Positions 1-8,830 of a stretch of DNA of 64,000 nt are shown here, one piece after another; within the stretch, counting starts at the first letter, position 1; the number at the start of each line of letters is the position of its first letter. Source of the stretch: a virus; IMG/VR virus record IMGVR_UViG_3300034159_000059, one strand, 5' to 3'. The translations under genes were made by a program, and so were the position numbers. The notes beneath the pieces were generated by a model. It made no database searches, was not told where the DNA came from, and worked only from the letters and a program-made list of their open reading frames with translations.

Positions 1-2
1 GC

Positions 3-110
3 AACGCCGGGAAGCAGGCGCATGAGGAGCGCGTGAAGGAGCTCCTCAATGATGGAGCGTACTGCGCTTCCGTCGCCAAGGAGCTCGGGAAGCGGGCGGA
101 GATCGGCTAA
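3..110 (+). CDS. 3' end of an upstream gene that is cut by the window edge (…VKELLNDGAYCASVAKELGKRAEIG*); function unknown
   Basis: Frame open from the window edge to TAA at 108-110; too short for the ORF track. Confidence 0.3.
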   Translation, partial: NAGKQAHEERVKELLNDGAYCASVAKELGKRAEIG

Positions 111-206
111 CAACCAGTTGGAGATCTGAGAGCCGATGGTAGTATCGCTGTCTTCGAGGGGCGCGCATTCGTTCACGCGCACAACCAACTCAGTGAGGTA
201 ACCTAC

Positions 207-1205
207 ATGAAGTACAGTTTTGCGATGTTCACGATGCTCGTTGCTTCTCTCTTCTTCACCGCCTGCGGTCCTCAGAGCAGTGCTGGTGGGATGCACGTCA
301 ACATCTCCTCCAACGCGCTCAGCACCGCAGACGTGACGTCGGTCGTCATCAACTACAACCAGACGAGCGGGGGCAGCTACGGCACGGTCACCGTGACGCC
401 TTCGGAAGGGGCGTTCACGGCCATCGTCTCGCCTCTGCCCGCCGGCACCTACAGCATCACGGCCAACGCCAAGAACGCGAGCAACTCCGTCGTCTACACC
501 GGAACGACCTCCGCCGTCGTCACCACAGGAGCCACCACCCTCGTCGCGATGATGCTGCAACAATCCGCCAGCTCGATCAACAACGAGACGTATGCCCCTT
601 CCATCAGCGCGGTCACGTTCAACCCCATGAACCCGGTGCCGAATCAGCCGGTCACGGCCAGCGTCAGCGCCTCGGGAGGTCTCGCAGGTCCTCTCACCTA
701 CCTCTGGAGTGCGACCTGCGCAGGCTCTACCAACATCACGTTCTCGAACGCCACATCGTACTCGACCACCATCACCTCGGATTGCACTACCTCGATGGTG
801 GTGAGTGTCTCCGTGAGCAACACAGGCTACACAGCATCGGTGTCGACTACGCTCTCGTACTCGGTGCAGGGGGCGCAGATCGCGATCACGTTCAACACCT
901 ACCCGGTGATCGTGAACTATACGACCAACGACGGACAGATCGCACCGGGGCAGTCGACGGCCTTTGCGGTGGTGGCGAACGACCCGGACGGTGATCCACT
1001 CACCTACGCCTGGACGCTTCCTACGACCGGTACGTATGCGTGCTCGGGCGCGGTCCTCACGAACGCCAACAGTGCAAACCCCTCCCTCACTGCGCCGGCG
1101 GAGCTGCCGAGTAACGGCAGGTGCGAGGTGGATCTCGTGGTCACCGACGGCCGAGGAGGTAGAGCGACCGGCCTCGTGACCTTCACGGTCGCCAACCTGA
1201 ACTAG
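207..1205 (+). CDS. Predicted lipoprotein with Thr/Ser-rich Ig/cadherin-like repeat domains
   Basis: N-terminal MKYSFAMFTMLVASLFFTAC is signal peptide plus lipobox Cys; motif VVANDPDGDPLTYAWTLP is typical of cadherin-like/Ig-like beta-sandwich domains; RBS GAGGT before the ATG. Confidence 0.7.
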   Translation: MKYSFAMFTMLVASLFFTACGPQSSAGGMHVNISSNALSTADVTSVVINYNQTSGGSYGTVTVTPSEGAFTAIVSPLPAGTYSITANAKNASNSVVYTGTTSAVVTTGATTLVAMMLQQSASSINNETYAPSISAVTFNPMNPVPNQPVTASVSASGGLAGPLTYLWSATCAGSTNITFSNATSYSTTITSDCTTSMVVSVSVSNTGYTASVSTTLSYSVQGAQIAITFNTYPVIVNYTTNDGQIAPGQSTAFAVVANDPDGDPLTYAWTLPTTGTYACSGAVLTNANSANPSLTAPAELPSNGRCEVDLVVTDGRGGRATGLVTFTVANLN

Positions 1206-1232
1206 ATACACAACTCCAGGCATTGCGGAGAG

Positions 1233-1260
1233 GAGCCCAGCAGTACGGGCTCCTCTTTTT
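1233..1260 (+). terminator. Rho-independent terminator after the lipoprotein gene
   Basis: GGAGCCC-agcagtac-GGGCTCC stem followed by TCTTTTTAGCTTTT. Confidence 0.7.
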
Positions 1261-1354
1261 AGCTTTTCACCGTCCGAGAAAGTCTCAAGGCCGCATCGAT
1301 ATAAGAGTTGAGAGCAGCAACTCACTTCCTTCTACCAGAGAATCTGGAGCTCGC

Positions 1355-1762
1355 GTGCCAAGCAAGAAAGAGATCAACGCTGTAAAGAAGAAGGTCGAAG
1401 AGGTCTTGGGTAGGTTCACTCCTCTTTCCGATCTCAGTGGTGAACCCAGTGATCCGGTGAAGGTCTTCTTCTACGACCTACGTCCATCCCACATCATTCT
1501 TCGCTTCCCCTACGCCTGGACGTCTTCCCATCCAGATCTCGAACATGGCTTCTATGGAGTCCACGCAGGCTACAACGTTTATCTGAGTGATGCCCTCAGA
1601 GATGCGGTCGTTGCGAGGCTCATCACGTCAGAAGAGAGCTCCATCTTCCAAGAGTATATCGATCAGAAGTACATGCAATCTGAGAGGTTGAGGAAGGCCG
1701 AAGAGCTCAAGACCAAGGCAGAGTCTTTGGGCTACGAACTCGTTCCCAAGAAGAGGAAATGA
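1355..1762 (+). CDS. Hypothetical protein; GTG start proposed
   Basis: ORF track 1223..1762 would start inside the terminator hairpin; GTG at 1355 has GGAG 5 nt upstream; GAGAAAG-N18-ATAAGA promoter-like motif at 1278-1306. Confidence 0.45.
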   Translation: MPSKKEINAVKKKVEEVLGRFTPLSDLSGEPSDPVKVFFYDLRPSHIILRFPYAWTSSHPDLEHGFYGVHAGYNVYLSDALRDAVVARLITSEESSIFQEYIDQKYMQSERLRKAEELKTKAESLGYELVPKKRK

Positions 1763-1763
1763 T

Positions 1764-2447
1764 ATGGCAGCATTTGTTGTGATCGTCAGCGTGCTGGTTC
1801 TTCTTTCAGGATTCTACGTGTTCCTAGCAAAAGGAGCCTTCCGGGCGGAGTTAGGGCGATGTGAGAGTAAAGACTTGCCTGGGGGTTGGAAGCTGAAGAA
1901 GACGAAGGTCGAGCAGTACCAGTTCAACGGCCCGAATGCAGGACTATGGGCCATCATCACTCTCGACCCTCGTGGCATCTTCCAGGCCGTATCCGATCTA
2001 GGCAACTACAGCTATGAGGGGTGGGGCGGGCATGGACAGGCCTCGTTCAAGCACTTCCTCGTGCGACTCGATGAGGCGGGCTACTTCCTGGAGAAGATGT
2101 GCGGAGTCGATCGATGGATCTTCTCTCATAAACAGACGTTCAAGTACGTGAGAGAGCGTATCTGCGAGAAGCGTCGAGATGGATCCATCGACAAAACGAC
2201 CGCACGAGAGTGTTGGGATGAGTTGAAGGCTATCGGGCATCCGATGGACTCACACGACTACGTTGATGGAGTCACTCAGTACTCCCCAACGCTCTATCTC
2301 CACATCTTTCAAGAAGACCCTTTCAACGTGGCAGACAGTTGCAGCAAAGAGCTTGCCCCAATGCCGCTCCGCTTCTTCAAGGAGATCTTCAGAGAGCAAC
2401 TGGTTCCAGTGCTTCGAGAGGAGCTTGGAAAGGAGATATCTTCATGA
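1764..2447 (+). CDS. Hypothetical protein with an N-terminal transmembrane anchor
   Basis: 227-aa ORF; hydrophobic N-terminus FVVIVSVLVLLSGFYVFL; RBS GAGGA upstream. Confidence 0.6.
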   Translation: MAAFVVIVSVLVLLSGFYVFLAKGAFRAELGRCESKDLPGGWKLKKTKVEQYQFNGPNAGLWAIITLDPRGIFQAVSDLGNYSYEGWGGHGQASFKHFLVRLDEAGYFLEKMCGVDRWIFSHKQTFKYVRERICEKRRDGSIDKTTARECWDELKAIGHPMDSHDYVDGVTQYSPTLYLHIFQEDPFNVADSCSKELAPMPLRFFKEIFREQLVPVLREELGKEISS

Positions 2448-2746
2448 ACGCTGTTCTTGCTTGGTTCCTCACGTCCTTCCTTCTGATCCACATCTTCCTG
2501 GCCATCACGTTCGTCAGCGCTCGAAGGCCGATGCTCCTAGGGTTTCCCGTCCTAGGCATCACGCTTGTCTTTGTGAGTGGCAGCTACCTCAAGGCGAACA
2601 TAAGCTGGGAGCATCCTGGAGAGAGCGCTCTGACTCTCTTCGTCGTGACGCTCTTGCACATCGGTGTAGCTATCCTCGCCGCCCTCACTTCTAAGCAGAT
2701 GAAAGACGGAACTGAGGGCAAGGAGCAAACTGGGAGGAAGGATTAA
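2444..2746 (+). CDS. Small integral membrane protein (about 3 TM helices)
   Basis: Internal ATG with AAGGAGAT RBS; ATGA overlap with the previous stop; sequence strongly hydrophobic. Confidence 0.55.
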   Translation: MNAVLAWFLTSFLLIHIFLAITFVSARRPMLLGFPVLGITLVFVSGSYLKANISWEHPGESALTLFVVTLLHIGVAILAALTSKQMKDGTEGKEQTGRKD

Positions 2747-3201
2747 TGGGGAGAGGGAAGCCGTACTTCGAAGATGATCCTTTCCTGAAGTGGGTTTCTC
2801 AACATCAGGCAGAGCTTGAGACCGCTCTGCCTGGGAAGCGGATCGCCGTCGGTCCCCTATTCGTGGATGGCACAACGGGTGTGGTGGCTTCAGCGGACAC
2901 CTACGCCGAGTTGTACGAGAAGGTCAAGAAGCTAGGGATGCTGGAATCGACCCTGATCGCGAAAGTCCGAGATCCTCGTTCTCTCAAGATGCGGACGGTG
3001 GCAGAGCGCCTAGCTCTCATCCCCGCAGAAGAGAAGGAGAGGCTGAGCAACTTGGCGACTCTCATCATCCATCAAGCGCACAACGAGGACGTGGAGGCTG
3101 CCAAGCGTGTCATCCTCAGAATCCTCCAAGGCACCTTCCTCGCAGGGCGTGAAGGGGAATGGTTCATCGATCCACAGAAGAATGGAGAAGATCCACTGTG
3201 A
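2746..3201 (+). CDS. Hypothetical protein
   Basis: 151-aa ORF; TAATG start/stop overlap, consistent with operon coupling. Confidence 0.55.
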   Translation: MGRGKPYFEDDPFLKWVSQHQAELETALPGKRIAVGPLFVDGTTGVVASADTYAELYEKVKKLGMLESTLIAKVRDPRSLKMRTVAERLALIPAEEKERLSNLATLIIHQAHNEDVEAAKRVILRILQGTFLAGREGEWFIDPQKNGEDPL

Positions 3202-3503
3202 AGAGAAAGCCAAAGGAGTGGGGAGCAGAAGCCCTTGGGGATCTCATCCTCAAGAAGGTTCGTAACAAAGAGATGCGGGCTAACCTAGCAATCGCAGCAG
3301 TTCGCCTGGCAGAGGAAGAGGAGCGTGAGGTCATCATAGCCTTCCACAACATGGGCTACGCGATGGCACGTGGAGATGCGCAAGCTCACTCCTCTCCCTC
3401 GTACAAGGAGCACGTCAATACGATGGTGGACAGGGCAGCGTTCTACCGCGAGCTCTCCGAGTATATCTGGGACAGGAAGGCCTCACGTAAGAAGGGAGAA
3501 TGA
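3198..3503 (+). CDS. Hypothetical protein; GTG start, GTGA overlap
   Basis: GGAGAAG RBS 7 nt before GTG 3198; alternative ATG at 3159 would overlap the previous gene by 43 nt. Confidence 0.45.
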   Translation: MKRKPKEWGAEALGDLILKKVRNKEMRANLAIAAVRLAEEEEREVIIAFHNMGYAMARGDAQAHSSPSYKEHVNTMVDRAAFYRELSEYIWDRKASRKKGE

Positions 3504-3505
3504 TC

Positions 3506-3946
3506 ATGCTACTCACCGCGCAGAATGTTCATAACACCGTCATCGACTGTCTCTTCGAGGAGGATACGCCGGAGAACCGCGCACGATCGGTCATCGTCGA
3601 GGGCATCCTCTACAACTTCGGCTTCGATCCAACGAAGCTGGAGAAGCACAAGGAGGATATCGCAGACATGCTCAGGCAGTTGCCTCCGACCTTCAAGCAA
3701 GAGGTTGGAGGAGGGTGGAGCTTCCTCAATGCCTGCATCCGCGCAGTCGACGGAGTTCAGTGGGGAGAGCATCGAGACATGGATGCCCTCTTCTCCCTCG
3801 GTATGGCTGTGGGGCTCGTGAAGAGTTGTTTGCCGAGGGAGCAGTGGTCCCAGCTCCCCAACGGCATGCCGTACTACGTGATCTTGGAGAGCCCCAAGAA
3901 GGAGGAAGCATGCGCGCATTCTACTTCGGATGCTTCGGCGAGCTAG
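3506..3946 (+). CDS. Hypothetical protein
   Basis: ORF 3500..3946; second ATG (3506) has better RBS spacing after GGGAG. Confidence 0.5.
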   Translation: MLLTAQNVHNTVIDCLFEEDTPENRARSVIVEGILYNFGFDPTKLEKHKEDIADMLRQLPPTFKQEVGGGWSFLNACIRAVDGVQWGEHRDMDALFSLGMAVGLVKSCLPREQWSQLPNGMPYYVILESPKKEEACAHSTSDASAS

Positions 3947-4287
3947 GCCACTACTGGTGGAGTACTTCTCTTCGAGAGAAGATCTTCGACACCCCGCAGG
4001 AGCTGGGTAGAGGGCTCGCCATTGATGGGATCTATGCACCCTTCGGGAGAGAGATCGAAGGCTCTGCGCAGATCGTCTACATGCGGCCCCCGAACCAGCA
4101 CAAGGCCTGGACCATCATCGCCTTCTGGGACCGGTCCGTAGACAAGAGATCTGGATCCAACAGCGCCTTCGTACTCGAAGGCGTCTATCCCTTCGAGGAC
4201 GCACTTCACATCGCGAAGGGGCAGTTCCCTGACGTCTTCAAGCGCTTCACGTTCCCCATCACTCGATGGGAGCCACCCGCTGTATGA
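3910..4287 (+). CDS. Hypothetical protein (MRAFYFGCFGELGHYWW…)
   Basis: ATG preceded by AAGGAGGAAG RBS; 37-nt overlap with the previous gene. Confidence 0.45.
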   Translation: MRAFYFGCFGELGHYWWSTSLREKIFDTPQELGRGLAIDGIYAPFGREIEGSAQIVYMRPPNQHKAWTIIAFWDRSVDKRSGSNSAFVLEGVYPFEDALHIAKGQFPDVFKRFTFPITRWEPPAV

Positions 4288-4298
4288 AAGGAACACAG

Positions 4299-4553
4299 AT
4301 GCCCAAGAAGCCGAATCAAGCTGCGCCGAAGAAGTCGAAGAGCGTCACTCTGAAGGAGCTGCGGGTCTCTCTCGGGAGGACCGTCAAGGAGGTGGAGAAG
4401 GATACCTTCGCCGTGAGTGGTTGGGTGAGTGAGGCAGAGAAGCCCAGGGATCATCGCCTCTCCACCATCAAATCCTACATCCAAGCGCTGGGAGGAGAGT
4501 TGGAGCTCTTCGTCCGCTTCGGCAAGAAGAAGCGTCTCCAGCTCGACATCTAG
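4299..4553 (+). CDS. Putative XRE-family helix-turn-helix DNA-binding protein
   Basis: LKELRVSLGRTVKEV…TIKSYIQALGGELELFV resembles Cro/C1-type HTH regulators; RBS AAGGAA. Confidence 0.55.
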   Translation: MPKKPNQAAPKKSKSVTLKELRVSLGRTVKEVEKDTFAVSGWVSEAEKPRDHRLSTIKSYIQALGGELELFVRFGKKKRLQLDI

Positions 4554-4561
4554 GAGGCACC

Positions 4562-4864
4562 ATGGAGAACATCATCTCTCACCTGCACAGCAATCCAAAG
4601 CTGTTGGTCACAGCCATGGTCACGGTTTGTGAGACAGCGGCGATGCTATTCATCTTCCTCGTCGTTCGTCCGTCCTGGACCATCGCAGGTCTCTCGTATC
4701 TCGGTATCCTGTTGTTGATGGCAGGAGCCGGGCTCATGAGCGTGCAGATGAAGATCGCTGGATGGGAGACGGCGATCGTCGGCCTTCTTGTCCTTACCTA
4801 CGTCCGTCATCACATCTTCTCAAAGCCAGTTCGCAGACCACGTATGCGAGCGGATCGTTCATGA
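4562..4864 (+). CDS. Small membrane protein (2-3 TM)
   Basis: AGGAGG RBS; hydrophobic segments LVTAMVTVCETAAMLFIFLVV and GLSYLGILLLMAGAGLM. Confidence 0.6.
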   Translation: MENIISHLHSNPKLLVTAMVTVCETAAMLFIFLVVRPSWTIAGLSYLGILLLMAGAGLMSVQMKIAGWETAIVGLLVLTYVRHHIFSKPVRRPRMRADRS

Positions 4865-5397
4865 CATCGAATGAACCGAAGCATGCCGTGACGCACATCT
4901 TGGCCGAGTGGCGCAAGGAAGTGGAGAAGGAGCTTCGGGGTTCTGAAGCCGTTTGCACCAACATTTACAACGACCCGAAGGACAGGTCTGTCTATAACGA
5001 ACGGGCCTGGCGGAGCGCGCGGATTCTTCGACGCATCGCCGAACTGGAACAGGCTGCGGCAACCACCATCCCCACACAGAGCGTGGGGATGGAAGCGACG
5101 TGCCAATGCGGTCGGGTGAAGCAGTCTACAGAACCAGAGCAAGGATGGAACGCTCAAGGCATCGGTGAGGATCTGCCTGGAGGGTACATGCTGATCCACA
5201 ACCTCAACGAGGACTGCTACGTCGAGCCGCCGACCTATGAGACTGGAGAAGGAAGAGCTGAAGCACTGGAAGCAGAACGTTCCACTCGATGCGTTGGCAC
5301 AGTCTGGACGAACGAGGCACGAGCCTACGTCGATGAGATCCTGACTGCTCTTGAGACCGCAGAGGCAGAGGTCCGGCGACTGGGCACGAAGAAGTGA
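4861..5397 (+). CDS. Hypothetical protein
   Basis: ATGA overlap with the upstream stop; the ORF track N-terminal extension (from 4762) lies inside the previous gene. Confidence 0.55.
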   Translation: MTSNEPKHAVTHILAEWRKEVEKELRGSEAVCTNIYNDPKDRSVYNERAWRSARILRRIAELEQAAATTIPTQSVGMEATCQCGRVKQSTEPEQGWNAQGIGEDLPGGYMLIHNLNEDCYVEPPTYETGEGRAEALEAERSTRCVGTVWTNEARAYVDEILTALETAEAEVRRLGTKK

Positions 5398-5404
5398 GAT
5401 CAAA

Positions 5405-5430
5405 AGGAGAGCTCCGTCTCTCCTTTTTAC
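5405..5430 (+). terminator. Rho-independent terminator
   Basis: AGGAGAG-ctccgt-CTCTCCT followed by TTTTAC. Confidence 0.65.
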
Positions 5431-5445
5431 CTCTTCACTCATTGA

Positions 5446-5474
5446 GAAAAGAATCTCCACTACAGGGAATAAGA
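5446..5474 (+). promoter_or_regulatory. Candidate promoter: GAAAAG-N17-ATAAGA
   Basis: Exact bipartite motif 45 nt upstream of the 5520 start; the same motif recurs at 8209-8237 and 56449-56477. Confidence 0.4.
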
Positions 5475-5519
5475 GAACGAGGTCAAGATGACTCTTCTTT
5501 CACCTCAACGGGAGACCGA

Positions 5520-5927
5520 ATGAATCGATTGGAGTTGACCCAGAAGAAGCGAGAGTCGTTGAAGGACCTCGTGCAGAAGGGACACAGCGACAAGAGGGAG
5601 ATCCAGGAGATCCTCACGAGACGCTTTGGGAGCCCTCTCTCCGACGGCACGTTCTACAAGACGCTGAAGGAACTGCTCGGGCAGCGTGGAGGGCTGCGGC
5701 TCGTCAAGCGGAACCCTGGCCGGTGGAGTCGAATCCCCAAGGCGGGGGGCGTTGTGGAGACAGCGGTCCCCAAGGAGCTCGCCGAGCTCATCGAGCAAGT
5801 CATCCACGCTGCCCAGCGCGTCGGCGTGGACGTGGTCAACATCGACGCCGACAAGAAGAAGTTCAACATCCATCAGAAGGAGAGAGATGTGGAGATCTCT
5901 CTCGATGACGAGAGGCCGGAGGAATGA
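5520..5927 (+). CDS. Putative winged-helix DNA-binding protein
   Basis: Internal ATG with GGGAGA RBS; the ORF track start 5394 overlaps the terminator; SDGTFYKTLKELL…LRLVKR is wHTH-like. Confidence 0.45.
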   Translation: MNRLELTQKKRESLKDLVQKGHSDKREIQEILTRRFGSPLSDGTFYKTLKELLGQRGGLRLVKRNPGRWSRIPKAGGVVETAVPKELAELIEQVIHAAQRVGVDVVNIDADKKKFNIHQKERDVEISLDDERPEE

Positions 5928-6415
5928 AAGCCAAGATCGGAAGTGGGTTGGGTATTGGTGGCATGAAAAGCCACCTCAGAAGGATCGAGATCGAGGGGAT
6001 CGCTGGCCAAGTCTCGTATCTCTCGAAGAACACCATCATCGAAGAGGTGTTCAAGCATCCGAAGAAGTACAGCGCGCTGGCTGCATTGATGAACTCCGTC
6101 ACCATGGAGAGAGCAGTCAAGACTGCGCGGATGATGAAGCTCGGAGCGGCGATCCGCCTCATCCGCCAGAAGATCAAGGGAGACCCCGTCCCCGGCCGTA
6201 GCTATCCCGTCTTCCTCTCTGTCCCTCTCGCCCATGGGAAGTGGGGGCTGAAGCCCGCACAGGAGGTGATGGGGAACGAAGACCTGCGGCTCAAGTACTT
6301 CGATCGGCTTGCGGTCGCAGAGGTTGGGGCCAAGAAGCGAAGGAAGCTGTACGTCGAGTACATCAAGATCGCAGGACACATGGCGGGGCCGACGGCGCAG
6401 TGGAAGAAGACCTGA
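5924..6415 (+). CDS. Hypothetical protein
   Basis: 163-aa ORF coupled by ATGA overlap. Confidence 0.55.
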   Translation: MKAKIGSGLGIGGMKSHLRRIEIEGIAGQVSYLSKNTIIEEVFKHPKKYSALAALMNSVTMERAVKTARMMKLGAAIRLIRQKIKGDPVPGRSYPVFLSVPLAHGKWGLKPAQEVMGNEDLRLKYFDRLAVAEVGAKKRRKLYVEYIKIAGHMAGPTAQWKKT

Positions 6416-6422
6416 TGCAGAG

Positions 6423-6458
6423 AAAGACGAGAGACGTATCCTCTCGTCTTTCTTAGCT
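6423..6458 (+). terminator. Rho-independent terminator (12-bp perfect stem)
   Basis: GAAAGACGAGAG-acgtatc-CTCTCGTCTTTC followed by TTAGCTCT. Confidence 0.7.
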
Positions 6459-6544
6459 CTCACACACTCTCACATGAAGGGGAGCCTACTACTGGCCCAT
6501 CAAGACTTTGCATCTCTCAGACACCGTGTTACCGAGAAGAGGCC

Positions 6545-7429
6545 GTGGCTCTTCTCATCTCTTCTACTGAACTTCCTGAGCATTGGTACAACCGAGTCGC
6601 TACCTCGATCGAGCGCCTTCACTGGAAGGTGACATCGGTGGTGGCTGTATCTTTGGTAGTCGTCGTCGCATCTACCGACGCGGCTATCGATCGGCTTGCC
6701 GGCTCCGACATCAACCTCGTCTTGCTGTACCTCGTGCCTGTAGCCTTTGGCGCCTGGACAGGAAGAGCACGAATGGGCTGGGTCATCTCAACACTCAGCG
6801 CTCTCAGCGCCGTAGGTCCACACCTCATATCCTCTCCAGAGCAATCTCTCGCGCTCAGCCTGAACATGGGCGTCGATATGCTCGTCTTCCTCTCCATCAG
6901 CTACGTGCTACCAGGCCTACGCAGCCTCCTAGAACACGAGAAACTGGTCTCTCGCACAGATCATCTCACAGGGGTTGCTAACTCCAGAGCGCTTCGAGAG
7001 AGGGCTTTGCGAGAGATACTGCGAGCACGCAAGCACGGGTACGAGCTGTCGGTTGCGTATCTAGACGTAGACGATTTCAAAGCCATCAACGATAAGCACG
7101 GGCATGCAGGAGGCGATCGCATCCTCAAGCTCATCAGCTCTATCACTCGACAAGCTCTACGCTCCACAGACATGGTTGCGAGAGTAGGAGGAGATGAGTT
7201 CGCTCTACTCCTACCAAACACAGGAGCTGCGGCTGCGAAGCGCGTCGTGGAGAGAGTCCGTTCTGAGGTGTATCGAGCATCCCAGGCCGCTGGGGTAGAG
7301 GTGACGCTAAGCATCGGAGTGAAGACCTTTGCTGATATCCCATTGAGCGTAGAAGAACTCGTCGAGTCCGTGGATCTTCTCATGTACTCCGTGAAGAGAG
7401 ACCGGAAGGACGACGTCGTCTACGCCTGA
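6545..7429 (+). CDS. Membrane-anchored GGDEF-domain diguanylate cyclase
   Basis: About 4 N-terminal TM helices followed by a canonical GGDEF domain: DHLTGVANSRAL…YLDVDDFKAINDKHGHAGGD…RVGGDEFALLLP (intact GGDEF active site). GTG start after GAGAAGAGG. Confidence 0.8.
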   Translation: MALLISSTELPEHWYNRVATSIERLHWKVTSVVAVSLVVVVASTDAAIDRLAGSDINLVLLYLVPVAFGAWTGRARMGWVISTLSALSAVGPHLISSPEQSLALSLNMGVDMLVFLSISYVLPGLRSLLEHEKLVSRTDHLTGVANSRALRERALREILRARKHGYELSVAYLDVDDFKAINDKHGHAGGDRILKLISSITRQALRSTDMVARVGGDEFALLLPNTGAAAAKRVVERVRSEVYRASQAAGVEVTLSIGVKTFADIPLSVEELVESVDLLMYSVKRDRKDDVVYA

Positions 7430-7510
7430 AGAGCTCCTGCAAACCGACCAGTTCCTGCGGAATAAGAAACTGAAGCGACCGGTAGTATCGCTCTTCTCTC
7501 AGGAGGTCTC

Positions 7511-7609
7511 ATGCTGGGATTCGCAGGCTTCGCCGTCTTCTTCCTCGTCATCGCTGGTCTCTGTGACAAGGCACGAAAGAAGAGGATCGAGAAAGACAAG
7601 AAGAAGTGA
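7511..7609 (+). CDS. 32-aa hydrophobic peptide (MLGFAGFAVFFLVIAGLCDKARKKRIEKDKKK)
   Basis: Perfect AGGAGG RBS 6 nt upstream; one TM segment plus a basic tail; not in the ORF track (too short). Confidence 0.35.
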   Translation: MLGFAGFAVFFLVIAGLCDKARKKRIEKDKKK

Positions 7610-7692
7610 AAGAGAGACATAAGAACGTAGAGGAGCATTGAGCTTGGGTTCCCTTCGGACCTCCCAAACCCCAAAGCTTGCGCACTCCGGCG

Positions 7693-7728
7693 GTAGGTGT
7701 CCCTCCTGACACCTACCGCTGTTTTCTT
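7693..7728 (+). terminator. Rho-independent terminator
   Basis: GGTAGGTGT-ccctcctg-ACACCTACC followed by GCTGTTTTCTT. Confidence 0.7.
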
Positions 7729-7745
7729 AGCACTTGGAGCACGAC

Positions 7746-8204
7746 ATGATGATCGAGACAGCAGTCGAAGAGGCGAAGAACGAGTGCGTCGTCTTCCTAG
7801 GCCTACAACACGTGCCTGGTACAACGCAGGAGGTAGTGGCGGCCTTGGGGCCAGTGCTCAAGGCTTTGAAGAAGGTCATCGTTACCTCTCATTTTCTCAC
7901 CGGAAGGAAGGGCGAGGATCGGAGAGGAGTAGTGGTGTATGAGGCAGAGGGGGTAGAGCCTCAGAACGATGCCTTCAAGCTGATGCGAAAGCTAGTCTTC
8001 ACGCCGGAAGGCTCGCTCGTAATGGAAGACGTGCTCACGTGTCAGAACGAGTGTCATGTGTATGCGGTGCATGCACGAGAAGTAGAGCTAGAAGTAGTGC
8101 TTCAAGAGGGAGTGACGCCTCGACAGCTCGTTGAAACCATCAAGGAATTCCTATGTGACCCAGACGAGGCTGTCATGGGACCAACTCTCGGCATGATCCA
8201 CTGA
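7746..8204 (+). CDS. Hypothetical protein
   Basis: ATG 6 nt after GGAG; the ORF track TTG start at 7734 overlaps the RBS. Confidence 0.55.
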   Translation: MMIETAVEEAKNECVVFLGLQHVPGTTQEVVAALGPVLKALKKVIVTSHFLTGRKGEDRRGVVVYEAEGVEPQNDAFKLMRKLVFTPEGSLVMEDVLTCQNECHVYAVHAREVELEVVLQEGVTPRQLVETIKEFLCDPDEAVMGPTLGMIH

Positions 8205-8208
8205 GTCA

Positions 8209-8237
8209 GAAAAGCCGTTACGTCTTGAGTGATAAGA
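8209..8237 (+). promoter_or_regulatory. Candidate promoter: GAAAAG-N17-ATAAGA
   Basis: Exact bipartite motif 53 nt upstream of GTG 8290. Confidence 0.4.
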
Positions 8238-8289
8238 AGGGTGTGGAGAGGGGAATGGTTCTTCTCTCTTTCGCTGTGAGGAGGCGAAG

Positions 8290-8775
8290 GTGACCGTTGC
8301 GCTCGTAGAGGGAGACGACGTGGAGACGGGGAATCCGCACGAGAGGTTGTTGAAAGAAGAGATGTTGCGAGCAGAGATCGCTCGGTTGAAGGCCATGACC
8401 GCGTTGTTCGAGGACATGGGCGCCCTCTTCAAAGGGATGGCAAGTCAAGCAGAAGCAGAAGCTGACGTGGCCATCTGCAAGAAGGAAGAAGTCGAGAGGG
8501 ATAGCAAAGACGTGGATCTGAAGGAGCTCTTGGCGAGCAAGCGCAAGTCGGAGATCGAGCTGGAGATCGCTCGAAATCGAGATCAGGTAAAGCGCATCCA
8601 AGAGCGGACGGAGCAGCACCGACGAGGGCAGCCTCCGAAGAGCCCTTATCGAAAAGATCCAAAGACTTCGGTGCATGCAGACAAGAAGGAGGTGTTGGTG
8701 GACACACAGAGCAGTGCGTCTCTCAAGGGTCCCATTCGAGGACTTGATAAGGTCCCGACGACGGCATCTCCGTGA
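8290..8775 (+). CDS. Coiled-coil hypothetical protein
   Basis: GTG start 4 nt after GAGGAGG; Glu/Lys/Arg-rich heptad-like sequence. Confidence 0.5.
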   Translation: MTVALVEGDDVETGNPHERLLKEEMLRAEIARLKAMTALFEDMGALFKGMASQAEAEADVAICKKEEVERDSKDVDLKELLASKRKSEIELEIARNRDQVKRIQERTEQHRRGQPPKSPYRKDPKTSVHADKKEVLVDTQSSASLKGPIRGLDKVPTTASP

Positions 8776-8783
8776 ACGAGCTC

Positions 8784-8812
8784 GGGCCGCCGAAAGGCGG
8801 CCCGTCTCTTAG
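8784..8812. terminator. Hairpin terminator at the convergent gene boundary
   Basis: GGGCCGCC-gaaa-GGCGGCCC followed by GTCTCTTAGC; lies between the last + gene and the first minus gene. Confidence 0.6.
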
Positions 8813-8830
8813 CTCAAGCTCTTAGCCCGT

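Noticed and set aside
1223-1354. ORF-track start of the second gene at 1223
   Set aside because: It would begin inside the terminator hairpin of the lipoprotein gene; a downstream GTG with an RBS was preferred
7619-7624. Isolated ATAAGA hexamers (e.g. 7619-7624; 7462-7467 with a poor -35-like element)
   Set aside because: The hexamer alone is expected about 6 times per strand by chance; only copies with the GAAAAG-like upstream element at 16-18 nt were counted as the promoter family
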